From: a virus
Length of the DNA: 64,000 bases
Virus record (IMG/VR): IMGVR_UViG_3300031673_000021
Span: 1-64,000 of that record
Strand: one strand, 5' to 3'
How positions within the stretch are numbered: position 1 is the stretch's first letter; each line of letters begins with the position of its first letter. A program made the position numbers and the translations under genes. Below are positions 24,312 to 33,628 of the stretch, piece by piece. The notes beneath the pieces are model-generated. The model was not told the origin of the DNA. It did not search any database and saw only the letters and a program-made list of their open reading frames with translations.

Positions 24312-25060
24312 TTCCCCGACTTGATGAGTTTGTACAAGTTTTCGAGAGACGCCGCAACTTGCCCACGTGAGACCGGCTGGTCCGGCTTGAATGTTCCGTC
24401 ATGGTACGTGAACATCACACCATTGTCGACCGCCCATGTCACAACCTCTTCCCACTGTGTTCCTTTGACATCGGATGGTACTGTCACATTACCAACTCCC
24501 CATAAGATTGATGCGTCGTACACCTCGTCGACATCCACGTTGATACCGCACAGCGTCGTGCTGACCGAGTTCTGCCACATGGCGATACCAGGGAGTCTCT
24601 TACCACCACTCCATGCACTCGGCTGGATGATGTAGTCGACCTCACTCCTGAACGCTGTGAGGACTTGTGGCGGACCATAGAGACCTGTGCGGTACATTCC
24701 ACCCATGACAGCCTTCCATGCGCTTAGATAGGCGCGTAGGCCCGCAAAATCGGACGTTGGCATGTCATAGTCGACCGATGGACAGATACCGACGCCATGA
24801 GGGATGCCGAGTGACTGTGCGTGGCCGAGTGCATCCGTGGCGTGTTGCTTCCCGAGCGCCGCGTTGAAGGTCTTACCTGCGCCGCCTTCGTGGAATAGCC
24901 CAAGCGATAACCCGGCGTCACGTATGACCCTGATACGGTCGGTGGTCAGGTGATAGCGATTCAGCAGGCCGATGTAGCCAAAAACAGCACCCACGCCATT
25001 TTTCCTGAGCGCAGATGCTGTCTGAGGAGTGATGATGTCTACGGTGTCGATGGCTTTCAA
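24308..25060 (-). CDS. endolysin: DUF1906/glycoside-hydrolase-like domain + single SLH-like module
   Basis: Start set to TTG 25060 (GAAGGAAGG upstream, TTGA coupling). N-terminal TIM-barrel-like 'GVGAVFGYIG...' region. C-terminal 'NGVMFTYHDGTFKPDQPVSRGQVAASL'. Confidence 0.6.
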   Translation of the reverse strand: MKAIDTVDIITPQTASALRKNGVGAVFGYIGLLNRYHLTTDRIRVIRDAGLSLGLFHEGGAGKTFNAALGKQHATDALGHAQSLGIPHGVGICPSVDYDMPTSDFAGLRAYLSAWKAVMGGMYRTGLYGPPQVLTAFRSEVDYIIQPSAWSGGKRLPGIAMWQNSVSTTLCGINVDVDEVYDASILWGVGNVTVPSDVKGTQWEEVVTWAVDNGVMFTYHDGTFKPDQPVSRGQVAASLENLYKLIKSGK

Positions 25061-25446
25061 TCGTACCGCCTTCCTTCGAGATCGTCTGTCAGGACGCCAT
25101 TTGTGAGCCAACCGTGCCAACCTCGAATCCTATCTCTGGAATTGTGATTGATGCTTGGCTGTACCGTTACATTCGGTACATCACCCGTGACATCCCAACC
25201 ACTCCCGTCGCTTCTTCCTGTAGCAATCCAATCCAGACAAAATGGTTGTCCATCAGGAAGGCAGACATATAGCGGGCTACGTATTCCTATCCACCTGCTT
25301 TTGTATTGCCGAGATAATTCCAAACCAGAATACCCGTCACTTTCTAGTAACATCTTCCACACTTCTGGTTTGGTCGGGTCATACCACATCGCACCCGGAC
25401 GCTTACGATCTTCTTTGGTTTCGGCGATAAAACATTGCCATGACAT
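25057..25446 (-). CDS. conserved-looking hypothetical protein
   Basis: Start set to ATG 25446 (TGATG coupling). Contains 'GWDVTGDVPNVTVQPSI...WHGWLTNGVL'. No family named with confidence. Confidence 0.5.
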   Translation of the reverse strand: MSWQCFIAETKEDRKRPGAMWYDPTKPEVWKMLLESDGYSGLELSRQYKSRWIGIRSPLYVCLPDGQPFCLDWIATGRSDGSGWDVTGDVPNVTVQPSINHNSRDRIRGWHGWLTNGVLTDDLEGRRYD

Positions 25447-25931
25447 CAGGACTTCGCCTCCTGCTCTTCTTTGCCTCTTGCAATTCGGTCTGCAAACCAG
25501 ATAGGCAGTGGAGCGTAGTGGATACCTCCAGACAACCACCTGGCAATGTTTGGGTGTAATTCTCCGGGCTTGCCCGTGTGGCACGGCTGGCAGAGCATCA
25601 TCAGATTGCGGATGTCGTCGGGATCCGTCATAGGTTCGTCACCCATCGCTTTTGCGTATCCATAGGGATCCAGTGACTTTGCCGCCCACAATGCCGATTC
25701 CCAATTCGTGTTTTCTGCTTCCGCCCATTCGACCGCGAAGTGATGACATTGGAGATCCTTCGTCTCCGTGATTCCAGCCAGTTTGCACCCAAGGCAATAG
25801 TCGTGTCCGTCATCCAGCAACTGCTGACGATTACGGTGAAACTCGGCGCTTTCTGTACGTTGCGCATGTGCAGGGACCCACTCAGGAACCGTCACAGTGA
25901 TGGTCAGTTCATGTTCCTGTACGTCTGCCAA
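25446..25931 (-). CDS. HNH-like endonuclease
   Basis: 'CLGC...LQCHH...NLMMLCQPCH' gives the Cys/His spacing of HNH nucleases, with an insertion. Confidence 0.5.
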   Translation of the reverse strand: MADVQEHELTITVTVPEWVPAHAQRTESAEFHRNRQQLLDDGHDYCLGCKLAGITETKDLQCHHFAVEWAEAENTNWESALWAAKSLDPYGYAKAMGDEPMTDPDDIRNLMMLCQPCHTGKPGELHPNIARWLSGGIHYAPLPIWFADRIARGKEEQEAKS

Positions 25932-25935
25932 TCAA

Positions 25936-26328
25936 TCACCTCCTTACGTGCTTCTCAACCACTTCAATCAGTCCGATGTGCTTGTGATGCATCTCGTCCA
26001 CAAGAGCGCGAATCTCCGCGTTTTCGTCGCGGACTTCTTTGTGCATCTGCTTAATCTCACTCAACTCGGACATGGCTGCGTCGTGTGTTTCCCGGAGCAC
26101 TCGTTCCATGCGTTCACCCTGCTTGTTACTGACGAGAGCAATCACTGGGAGGGCGATAGATTGGAACAAGATCGATACGCCCCACAGTAGCCAGCCTTGG
26201 GTGTTGGAAGGAGGGTCCACAATCGCACCAGCGACATCCAAAATGAGCAGAAGCCAAAACAAAAGCATCGTCGCCATAAACGATGCCAGCCGGTCCGCGA
26301 TAAAGTTATTGAATCTGCGCATCATCAT
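25936..26328 (-). CDS. two-TM membrane protein (DUF1003-like)
   Basis: Start set to ATG 26328 (GAGGGGGG upstream). 'ADRLASFMATMLLFWLLLIL...ILFQSIALPVIALVSNKQGER' followed by a coiled-coil tail. Confidence 0.5.
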   Translation of the reverse strand: MMMRRFNNFIADRLASFMATMLLFWLLLILDVAGAIVDPPSNTQGWLLWGVSILFQSIALPVIALVSNKQGERMERVLRETHDAAMSELSEIKQMHKEVRDENAEIRALVDEMHHKHIGLIEVVEKHVRR

Positions 26329-26335
26329 GCCCCCC

Positions 26336-26665
26336 TCACAGGTTCCATGCCCTAGCAGCCAAGCCAAGTAAAAAGCTGATGACAACCAAGCCACCGTTCC
26401 ACATATAAACACGCTTCTTGATACGTTCGAGTTCTTCTGCCGTTTCCGCCTGTTTATTCCGGAGTTCCTGCACTTCTTTCTCAGCCGTGGCGAATCGGAG
26501 ATTGACGCCTTCCTGGGAGGGGTAGCGAGCATCCAACTTCTCCATAAGTTCAGAGACGGTGTTCGCTACTTTTTCGAGACTCTTTTCCAATCTACCAATC
26601 CCCTCCTCCACACTGTTGAACTTCTGCTCCAAGGACGCCAGCCGTTCTTCCGTTGATGGATTCAT
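26336..26665 (-). CDS. XhlA-like lysis-associated protein
   Basis: 109 aa. N-terminal coiled-coil 'RLASLEQKFNSVEEGIGRLEKSLEKV' and C-terminal TM 'GGLVVISFLLGLAARAW'. Confidence 0.55.
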   Translation of the reverse strand: MNPSTEERLASLEQKFNSVEEGIGRLEKSLEKVANTVSELMEKLDARYPSQEGVNLRFATAEKEVQELRNKQAETAEELERIKKRVYMWNGGLVVISFLLGLAARAWNL

Positions 26666-26751
26666 GCGCCTCGCACCAGCGGCCCTTGAAGCACAGTGCT
26701 CCGGATACGGTCCTCATGGTCATCTAACATCTCGGTAATCTCATCTTTCAT
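26662..26751 (-). CDS. possible 29-aa micro-ORF
   Basis: MKDEITEMLDDHEDRIRSTVLQGPLVRGA. ATGA-coupled to the XhlA-like start, with an AAGGGTGAG-like SD. Confidence 0.25.
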   Translation of the reverse strand: MKDEITEMLDDHEDRIRSTVLQGPLVRGA

Positions 26752-26776
26752 TGCTTCAGTCTCACCCTTCCCACCA

Positions 26777-27295
26777 TTACTCTGCTCGCCAGTCGTAGAC
26801 CACGTAATTCTTTACGGCCTCCCACACCGCTTCAGGGTCCGGGGGCGGCCACTGGCGTATCTGTTTGAATCCAGCTTTCCGCGCGATTGCTGACGTCAGC
26901 ACAGAACAGTACGGCCAGCGACTGTTCATCCACTCGATAAACGATTTGGGCATGTGCAATCGGTCATGTGTGAGATCGCGCAACGCCTGATCCACGACGC
27001 CGATGTATCCATACAGTCGGCCCTCGCGTTTCTTGCCCCATCGGAGCGCCGCGTGTATCTTTGTGCGGTCATACGGCGGTCGGCAGATCACACAGTTGTG
27101 ATAGTCAAGAGGGCTGATAGAGACACGCGAAATGGCCTCCAGCATGTCATACGGTCCAAGCGCGATGGCGACGTGGTAGAACCACCGTTTGTGCGTACCG
27201 TCTTCCATGCGCTCGCCGTCCTCGATCAACTCTTCCAGAACGTCACGGGGCTTCTCGTATAGGATGATGTCGCCGGGGTGTGCCCATAATGTCAT
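26777..27295 (-). CDS. permuted papain-fold peptidase (YiiX/C92-like)
   Basis: Start set to ATG 27295 (GGAGG 7 nt upstream). 'HPGDIILY', His in 'FYHVAIAL' and a later Cys in 'WPYCSVL' give the permuted NlpC/P60-type order. Confidence 0.55.
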   Translation of the reverse strand: MTLWAHPGDIILYEKPRDVLEELIEDGERMEDGTHKRWFYHVAIALGPYDMLEAISRVSISPLDYHNCVICRPPYDRTKIHAALRWGKKREGRLYGYIGVVDQALRDLTHDRLHMPKSFIEWMNSRWPYCSVLTSAIARKAGFKQIRQWPPPDPEAVWEAVKNYVVYDWRAE

Positions 27296-27314
27296 GTTTT
27301 CGCCTCCAAGAGCC

Positions 27315-27338
27315 AAAATAAAAACGCCTCATCGGCGT
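27315..27338 (-). terminator. short intrinsic terminator after the fibre module
   Basis: On the minus strand: ACGCC-GATGA-GGCGT followed by TTTTTATTTT. Only a 5-bp stem. Confidence 0.45.
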
Positions 27339-27361
27339 GTCGAAACTAGGATTTAGTCGGC

Positions 27362-27961
27362 TTAATATGTAGCCTCCGTCCATACAATCGCTTGTACATC
27401 CGCTACGGTTGTCGCCGCATTGACTTGCCCAATAAGCGTCAATATCTGCTGGTGCTGTGTGTTGAAGAAAGAGGTCGCCGTAGACTTGAGACTCGTCAAC
27501 GTGGTTTGATCCGGTATGGCTACAGGGTTCCCGTAGATGTCCGAATACTGTACCGGAAACGCCATCAATGCACCTGTGATGGCCTCTTGTGTGGCGAGCA
27601 TGTTCGTCTTATCATCCGTTGACCATCCAAAGGTGTACTGTGTCGTGCCGATGGTCGCAAGAAATCCACCAGACAACGTTTGCGTGTATCCCTGACGGAG
27701 TGAGGCGATCTGTACCTGTTTTGTGGTTGCGAGCTGGATCGTGCTGTAGTTTGGATTTGCCACAAACGCGTTGTTTTGATACAGATATGCTTGCGGGTTA
27801 TCATAGGCCGCCTGAAAGTCTGTAGGCATCGGGTTTGCGTCATCATCATATGGACCGACGAGCGAAAATCCAGCAGGTGCCATCGTGGAATCCGGTGCGT
27901 GAGTTCCTGAGCTACCGCCGATTTCACCCGTGGTTGTGTTGTAGATGATCCAGTAGTACAT
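27362..27961 (-). CDS. tail-fibre assembly / DUF4376-like protein
   Basis: TAATG-coupled to the fibre gene. The 'MYYWIIYNTTTGEI' N-terminus is typical of fibre-chaperone-type proteins (recalled). Confidence 0.45.
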   Translation of the reverse strand: MYYWIIYNTTTGEIGGSSGTHAPDSTMAPAGFSLVGPYDDDANPMPTDFQAAYDNPQAYLYQNNAFVANPNYSTIQLATTKQVQIASLRQGYTQTLSGGFLATIGTTQYTFGWSTDDKTNMLATQEAITGALMAFPVQYSDIYGNPVAIPDQTTLTSLKSTATSFFNTQHQQILTLIGQVNAATTVADVQAIVWTEATY

Positions 27962-29478
27962 TACACTACCCCCCAACGATACTTGCTTAATACGTTGGTA
28001 CTGGACGCAGAACTATACACCACAAATTGTAGATATCCGCCGTTAATTTGGAAGTACCCGGTGGCGGAATAGCTTCCGTCGTACACAGTGACTAACGATG
28101 TAGTGTCGGAAGTGGCGACGGAAGAAATTGCAGCTGCTGACCCGCCACCTCCTGTCGTAGCTACACCTGCATAACTTGAACTCCAGATGCTTCCTGAAGA
28201 TGTTGTCACACCCCACATCATTTGTGGCGTTGCTACAATTCCGCTATCTGCACCCGCAAAGAACATCTTCGCCCCACTTGGAACAACCGCGACGTTGATG
28301 ACCGTACCCACCGCGACATTGAATGTTCCGCTTGCAGGTGTCCATGTACCTGATGCAGAACCGAGTTGACCAGATGAGGCTGTGACGGTGCCTGCGAATG
28401 TAGCGTTGCCGGAGTCGTTTACAGTAAACATTGGGGTTGTTGAAGATTGCCCCGAAATCCACGCGAGTTTAAAAGGAGAGATGAGATACATTGTACCTGT
28501 CGAATCGTTTCCTATTCCATATCCTGCGCTATAAGTTTGAGTTAATGGTAATGGCGCGCCAACAGGTAGAGCATTTCCATACAAACTCAAAACAACTTGA
28601 TTTTCGAGCACGGTTGGGACAACAAAACCCGCTGCACCGGAAAGTGGAGACGTGAATGTAACTGCATTCGCCACTGTCTGTGGATTCGGTGCTCCTGCAT
28701 CTGTACGGAGGTAGTTCAGGTTTGCCCACGTACCCGGACTTCCTGCGACGGTGCAGATCCAAAATGTGAGATTGGTCGTGTCAACAACCCAGTCACCGAC
28801 CGCGAATGTTCCTGTTGTGGGTGCTACACCTGATACCGCACCAACATAGCGGCTTGTTGTGGTTGCTCCTGTAAGCCCCGCGATCCCGAGTGCATTGGGC
28901 GTCACGATGCCGCCAACACCTTGCGTAGTTGTACTTGACTTGTTGGTGATAAGCACATTCGATAAAGACGAACCATCACCATAATACTTGCCACCCGTTG
29001 TATTCGTCGTTGGCATCTGTGCGCCAAGAGAAGAATCGAGTGCATTGTCTGTGATCTGTGTGGACGTATTTGCCTGCACACTTGTAAGATAATAGAATAT
29101 GCTCCCATTGGCCTGCGTCCGATACACAAGAACATTGACAACACCAGTGGGTGCAGTTGGGATCGATACATCCACCTGCTGTCCGTTCGGTGAAACTGTT
29201 ACAGACGCCGCGCCCCCACCTGTGTTTCCTTTCGTATGCAAGGTTCCAGATCCGACTGGTCCTTCCCAGTATCCAGTCTCGTATCCAAGTGCATATTGGT
29301 AATTGCCAGTCAAATTTCCTGCTGTTGTGTTAACGGCGACGGTAGGAGCGGCTGGTACACTCAATTGGGTAAACAATTGTACGTCCGCATCTTGTTGCCC
29401 AGTAAATGCATCGGTAAATTGGTTCCACAGGGACTGATCACCTGTCGTAACCCCATTTTGGACATCAAAAAGAGGCAT
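27961..29478 (-). CDS. tail fibre protein
   Basis: 505 aa from ATG 29478 (AAGGAGGG 9 nt upstream). Gly/Thr/Ser/Val-rich beta-repeat composition, positioned after the baseplate genes. Confidence 0.6.
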   Translation of the reverse strand: MPLFDVQNGVTTGDQSLWNQFTDAFTGQQDADVQLFTQLSVPAAPTVAVNTTAGNLTGNYQYALGYETGYWEGPVGSGTLHTKGNTGGGAASVTVSPNGQQVDVSIPTAPTGVVNVLVYRTQANGSIFYYLTSVQANTSTQITDNALDSSLGAQMPTTNTTGGKYYGDGSSLSNVLITNKSSTTTQGVGGIVTPNALGIAGLTGATTTSRYVGAVSGVAPTTGTFAVGDWVVDTTNLTFWICTVAGSPGTWANLNYLRTDAGAPNPQTVANAVTFTSPLSGAAGFVVPTVLENQVVLSLYGNALPVGAPLPLTQTYSAGYGIGNDSTGTMYLISPFKLAWISGQSSTTPMFTVNDSGNATFAGTVTASSGQLGSASGTWTPASGTFNVAVGTVINVAVVPSGAKMFFAGADSGIVATPQMMWGVTTSSGSIWSSSYAGVATTGGGGSAAAISSVATSDTTSLVTVYDGSYSATGYFQINGGYLQFVVYSSASSTNVLSKYRWGVV

Positions 29479-29497
29479 CTTTGAATGCCCTCCTTTT

Positions 29498-29977
29498 TTA
29501 CGCGCTATAGGTTTCTTCCCAAACTGTGGTGATGGTCTCGGTTGACCCTGGAGTAAACGGCGCACCGTACATTAAGTGTCCCCACGCCCGACCGGAACTG
29601 TCTCGCAAAAACGCCTCTGTAATCTGTGTTGTGACGACTCCAGCTGCCGTTTGGAAGACCAGAGTTGTGGTTCCGGCCTGTGGCGTATTGGCTAGGGCAT
29701 AGGACAACGATGTGAGGCTTCCGCTGATGGGTGTGAAAGGCCCAATGTCTGTCACAGCCGGTGTCCCGGTTCCACTCCCGTATTCGATTTCCGTAGGAGG
29801 AGGAACGTCGTTGTAACCAATATTTGCGACGAGTCCTGATACCCACTGTGATAGTACGGAGAACTGTCCATTACAGGGAATGTTGTGTCCTTTGAATTCC
29901 CTTGTCCGTCCCGTCACCTCATCCGTCAGAACCGTCCGCACATTTTCTACGATAAGCACATTTTCTCGTATCCGCAT
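29498..29977 (-). CDS. tail/baseplate-associated protein (unassigned)
   Basis: 159-aa ORF between the baseplate and fibre genes. No motif recognised. Confidence 0.5.
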   Translation of the reverse strand: MRIRENVLIVENVRTVLTDEVTGRTREFKGHNIPCNGQFSVLSQWVSGLVANIGYNDVPPPTEIEYGSGTGTPAVTDIGPFTPISGSLTSLSYALANTPQAGTTTLVFQTAAGVVTTQITEAFLRDSSGRAWGHLMYGAPFTPGSTETITTVWEETYSA

Positions 29978-29990
29978 GCTATGCGCCTCC

Positions 29991-30815
29991 TTAAACGGTG
30001 AATTGGCCGATGGTTAGTGAGTCCCCGACTTTCCATGCAACCTGATTGAGTGTTGAAGAAATGGTATCTGTGATGTGAATTGTGTCTTGGAGTGATCCTT
30101 CCAACGTGACGGACATGAATACGGCCGCTGCCTTAATCATGGTAATGGCATCCGCAAGTAGCGACGCAGAATAGTAAAAGCTGTTGGGTGGTTTCTTCGG
30201 AAGGATAATCGTGACAGAAAATGACCCATAGCCCGTATCGGTGACCGATGCTTGATATCCAAGTTGCTCAAGGATATTTTCTATTGCGATGTTGTTCACG
30301 TTGGGCTCAAACTTGAGCGATGTAATTCGCTGTGCATACAAGACGTCAGGTTCTCCTTGCAACCGTTCGATGCCGAATGTTATCCCCCACCAGTCAAGGA
30401 GTTTTCCTATTGCGCTTGACAGGTTGATCTGTGCCACTTGATTTCGTAGTGAGCGTTTCCGACTCTCCAGCGTTCGCGCCATAGATCCAACGATGTACCA
30501 GAGTCCATTACTTGCAATGTTCACTGTGACCGGCAATGTCGCACTGTCATACTGATAGGGCAACAGCAGTAACTCCGCCATACCATCTTGGAGTACAGTT
30601 GCAGTGATGCCACTTGGAATCTGATTTACGATAGATGATATTTTCTGGTTGTGCAGGTCAATGGTGACGTTTTGCGTCGATGTGGAGACATACATCCAGT
30701 CACCCTGGATGGCGATGTTTCCGGTTCCGCTCAGTTCAAGCGCAGGAATCTCATGTGACTGTTTGTCATATCCGGATGGGACATGGACCATGAGGCGGTC
30801 AAAGAATGCATTCAT
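29991..30815 (-). CDS. baseplate wedge subunit (gpI/XkdU position)
   Basis: 274-aa ORF immediately downstream of the baseplate-J-like gene. Called by position only. Confidence 0.5.
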   Translation of the reverse strand: MNAFFDRLMVHVPSGYDKQSHEIPALELSGTGNIAIQGDWMYVSTSTQNVTIDLHNQKISSIVNQIPSGITATVLQDGMAELLLLPYQYDSATLPVTVNIASNGLWYIVGSMARTLESRKRSLRNQVAQINLSSAIGKLLDWWGITFGIERLQGEPDVLYAQRITSLKFEPNVNNIAIENILEQLGYQASVTDTGYGSFSVTIILPKKPPNSFYYSASLLADAITMIKAAAVFMSVTLEGSLQDTIHITDTISSTLNQVAWKVGDSLTIGQFTV

Positions 30816-30827
30816 TTAGCCGCCCCC

Positions 30828-32279
30828 TCATAGGACTGCCATCTCATTCACCGTCACGGCACCAAGGACATAGGCATTCCCCTGCAGTGCGGCTGTGTTT
30901 GTGCTTGGTGGATTTGCAGCTCCGGGTGCCGGGAGTGCTGTCAAGTCAATCTGAACACCAGTTCCGTTCGCATCATAGGCGACCGTAGTGCTTCCTGCGG
31001 CCGTTGACAGGTAGTAGTTCACGCTCGCTGCACCGCTTGGGAGTGTAATGGCCGAGACCTGAATGGCTTGTCCAACTGTTATGGTGACAGATGACTGTGT
31101 TGATGCCGTGGTCTCTCCCCATTCATCCACGAACGTGGCGGAGACGTAATACGTCCCGGCTACCAAACTTGTTGATGTACCCGGTGTAATTGCAGTGAGC
31201 GTTGGTGCAGACGGTACAGAAAGGTATGGCGTAGCAGGTTGTGAAGCACTTGGTGATGTGATTTCCACGTCTGCGACACCCTGCACCGCGAGAATGGAAT
31301 AGGCGAGTTGTGTTAGCGAAACACCCTGACCAAGATCCAGATTGGCGAAGTAATCGGCAATGGCCTGTTCATCACCCGTTTGTACAGTATCCAGCGAATA
31401 CCCGTACTTTGGTAGGACACTGACGATGACATTGATGGTGGTTTCCGGTGCATCCTTGACGGTGACTGTTACGCCGGCGGCTTTTGCGCCGACAATCTTG
31501 TTGCCGTTTGTGTCAGTGTATCCGTTGATGATGTCCTGCGTTTGCGTAAGGAGACCGGACGACATCGGGCCGACTCCGTTGAACACATAGCAGTAGGCAA
31601 GCCCGTTGGTGTTGGAATCGGATACCAGCGCCTTTACAACTTGTTCTGTGGGGTTCCCGGATGCATCTACAAGTTCACTCGTAATAGCAGCAGCCTCAAT
31701 CGCGAATTCGTCGCCTTTGTGGAGACTGTTGACTTGATTTGCGACCTGCGCTTGCAGTTCAGTTTGTGTTTCTGCGTCCCGCCCTGCTACGACAGGCTGT
31801 GCCGAGGCGTTTGTGACCGTCACGTTTGTAACCGGGTTGATTAACTGGGTAATTGTGTTTGCTGGTACGTTCGTACCGGTTCCCGTCGTCGTACAAGTAG
31901 CGGTGACATTTACAGACGCTCCAGGCACAATGGTGATGCTTTGGCTGGTGTTCCACTGTAAAGCGTTGTTGGGAATCGCTACGGCCGTTCCCGAGGCCAA
32001 CGTAACACTCGATGAAGCTGACGATGAAAGTGTGAACGTGAGCAGGTAGGTAGCCCCAACGGCTCCGTTTGGTGTGATTGGAAGCAGTTGAAATACTGCG
32101 TTGACGATGGCCGTCGATACCTGACTCTCGATCTCCGTCTCCATGAGTGCAGATTCCGCCGAAAACGCATCTGCAAGGGAACGGATCAACGATCCTGGAT
32201 TGAAGTTTGTGGCTTTGTTCGTTGATGTAGAAATGGCTGCAACGAGATCCGCCGCGATTTGCGTTTGTGTTTGTGGCAT
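30828..32279 (-). CDS. baseplate J-like protein
   Basis: N-terminal 'FNPGSLIRSLADAFSAESALMETEIE' pattern of the Baseplate_J/gp47 family, plus a Thr/Val-rich Ig/FN3-like C-terminal extension. Confidence 0.7.
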   Translation of the reverse strand: MPQTQTQIAADLVAAISTSTNKATNFNPGSLIRSLADAFSAESALMETEIESQVSTAIVNAVFQLLPITPNGAVGATYLLTFTLSSSASSSVTLASGTAVAIPNNALQWNTSQSITIVPGASVNVTATCTTTGTGTNVPANTITQLINPVTNVTVTNASAQPVVAGRDAETQTELQAQVANQVNSLHKGDEFAIEAAAITSELVDASGNPTEQVVKALVSDSNTNGLAYCYVFNGVGPMSSGLLTQTQDIINGYTDTNGNKIVGAKAAGVTVTVKDAPETTINVIVSVLPKYGYSLDTVQTGDEQAIADYFANLDLGQGVSLTQLAYSILAVQGVADVEITSPSASQPATPYLSVPSAPTLTAITPGTSTSLVAGTYYVSATFVDEWGETTASTQSSVTITVGQAIQVSAITLPSGAASVNYYLSTAAGSTTVAYDANGTGVQIDLTALPAPGAANPPSTNTAALQGNAYVLGAVTVNEMAVL

Positions 32280-32293
32280 TCAACCAACCTCCC

Positions 32294-33151
32294 TTAAGCC
32301 GCCGTCAGGGTAAATGACTCATTAATGAGTTGAATCGGCGCATCCGATGTGGATACGGTCACAAGGCACGATAGGCTCACCGTTGTTCCCTGCACCGTCA
32401 CTTGTACACTGGACACACCATCTACCTCCGGTAATCTGGTCAAACAATCACTGACCACCGCCTGCCATTTCACACCTTGCGCAGGTGTTCCCACGGTTTG
32501 CCGTAGTCGGTTCCCAAGGTCCGGATATAAGGGCAAAGACCCAATGGAGGTCTGCAACGCCACGCGAATGCGTTGAATCAGGGTATTCATCCCCGATACG
32601 GTCGTAATGTCGCCGTTTGTAAATGTGATGGGATCCGCGATGTCTGAGCCGAACGTGTCCACCAGTTGCTGCTGGTTCGAAATATTGAGCGAGACATTCG
32701 TTGTCGTCAGCGGAACAAAGATGGTGTCGCCCGGAAGCAGTACGGTGTTGTTCAAAACGTATGATGCATACAACTGCAGTCGTGAACCTTGTGGATAGGC
32801 GTTTTTTGTTGGTGTTGATAACGTGATGGTTTGCCCGTCATAGGAAGACACCGCTACATTCTCTGCCACGAGTCCGGACGTTCCGGCGTAAGACAGATAG
32901 ATCTCATTGATACTCAGTGGCTGGTTCGCGATAGAGATCGTATCTGCGCCGACGGAAAGCGAAGCTGATAATGACGTATCGGCAAGTGGCGGACCGTACA
33001 CCTCACTGGCATCAAGGGTCAGGTATGGTGGTGACAGATTGTTTGCAGAAATAAGATCCGATGCTGACACACCCAAAAAGGCAGCGAGAGCAAGAATGCC
33101 CCGCTGCACATCAGTCACGGTTAGTATTCGAGGTTGCCCAATCAACGACAC
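32294..33151 (-). CDS. baseplate wedge protein with GPW/gp25-like C-terminal domain
   Basis: 'IRVALQTSIGSLPLYPDLGNRL' is the gp25/GPW signature. The N-terminal segment 'GVSASDLISANNL' is LysM-like. Confidence 0.6.
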   Translation of the reverse strand: MSLIGQPRILTVTDVQRGILALAAFLGVSASDLISANNLSPPYLTLDASEVYGPPLADTSLSASLSVGADTISIANQPLSINEIYLSYAGTSGLVAENVAVSSYDGQTITLSTPTKNAYPQGSRLQLYASYVLNNTVLLPGDTIFVPLTTTNVSLNISNQQQLVDTFGSDIADPITFTNGDITTVSGMNTLIQRIRVALQTSIGSLPLYPDLGNRLRQTVGTPAQGVKWQAVVSDCLTRLPEVDGVSSVQVTVQGTTVSLSCLVTVSTSDAPIQLINESFTLTAA

Positions 33152-33163
33152 AACCTCCTTTGA

Positions 33164-33616
33164 TTATGAAATATTGACGCCGTTCATCAGCGTATTCGCC
33201 GGTTGGTCAGGAGCGTTTGGAGTGTAATACCCCTGCACAGGATCCCATGCGTCAAGTGTGCTTAATGCTTGTTGTGCGCTCACGTCGATGGTCACCGTTG
33301 TGCTTCCATCGGCGACAATCGCAGACATGGAACAGTTGGTTGCTATGACTTGTGCGGAATGTGACAGGTTCAAAAGGTACTGACTGCTCGGGATGGACAT
33401 TGTTCTGTTGTCATGCAACCAGTCAAACACTTTTGCCATGTTGCGGGCAATTTTCGCGATGTTATGGAGCGCACCAACGGAGAGGTCGGGCATGTTATCG
33501 TTGACCTGACCGGAAAATGTGATCCATTGTTCACAGGCCGGAACCTGCGAAATCAAAGCCTGTAGTGGAGCAAGAATCACCTGTTGCGCAGGCACCTGGG
33601 ATGGGTATCGAAGCAC
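33164..33616 (-). CDS. baseplate-associated protein (unassigned)
   Basis: 150-aa ORF within the baseplate block. Confidence 0.5.
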   Translation of the reverse strand: MLRYPSQVPAQQVILAPLQALISQVPACEQWITFSGQVNDNMPDLSVGALHNIAKIARNMAKVFDWLHDNRTMSIPSSQYLLNLSHSAQVIATNCSMSAIVADGSTTVTIDVSAQQALSTLDAWDPVQGYYTPNAPDQPANTLMNGVNIS

Positions 33617-33628
33617 TTAGTCCACCTC

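Noticed and set aside
27961-29478. Possible diversity-generating retroelement targeting the tail fibre.
   Set aside because: No reverse-transcriptase-like ORF exists anywhere in the window, and I saw no template/variable repeat pair near the fibre 3' end.
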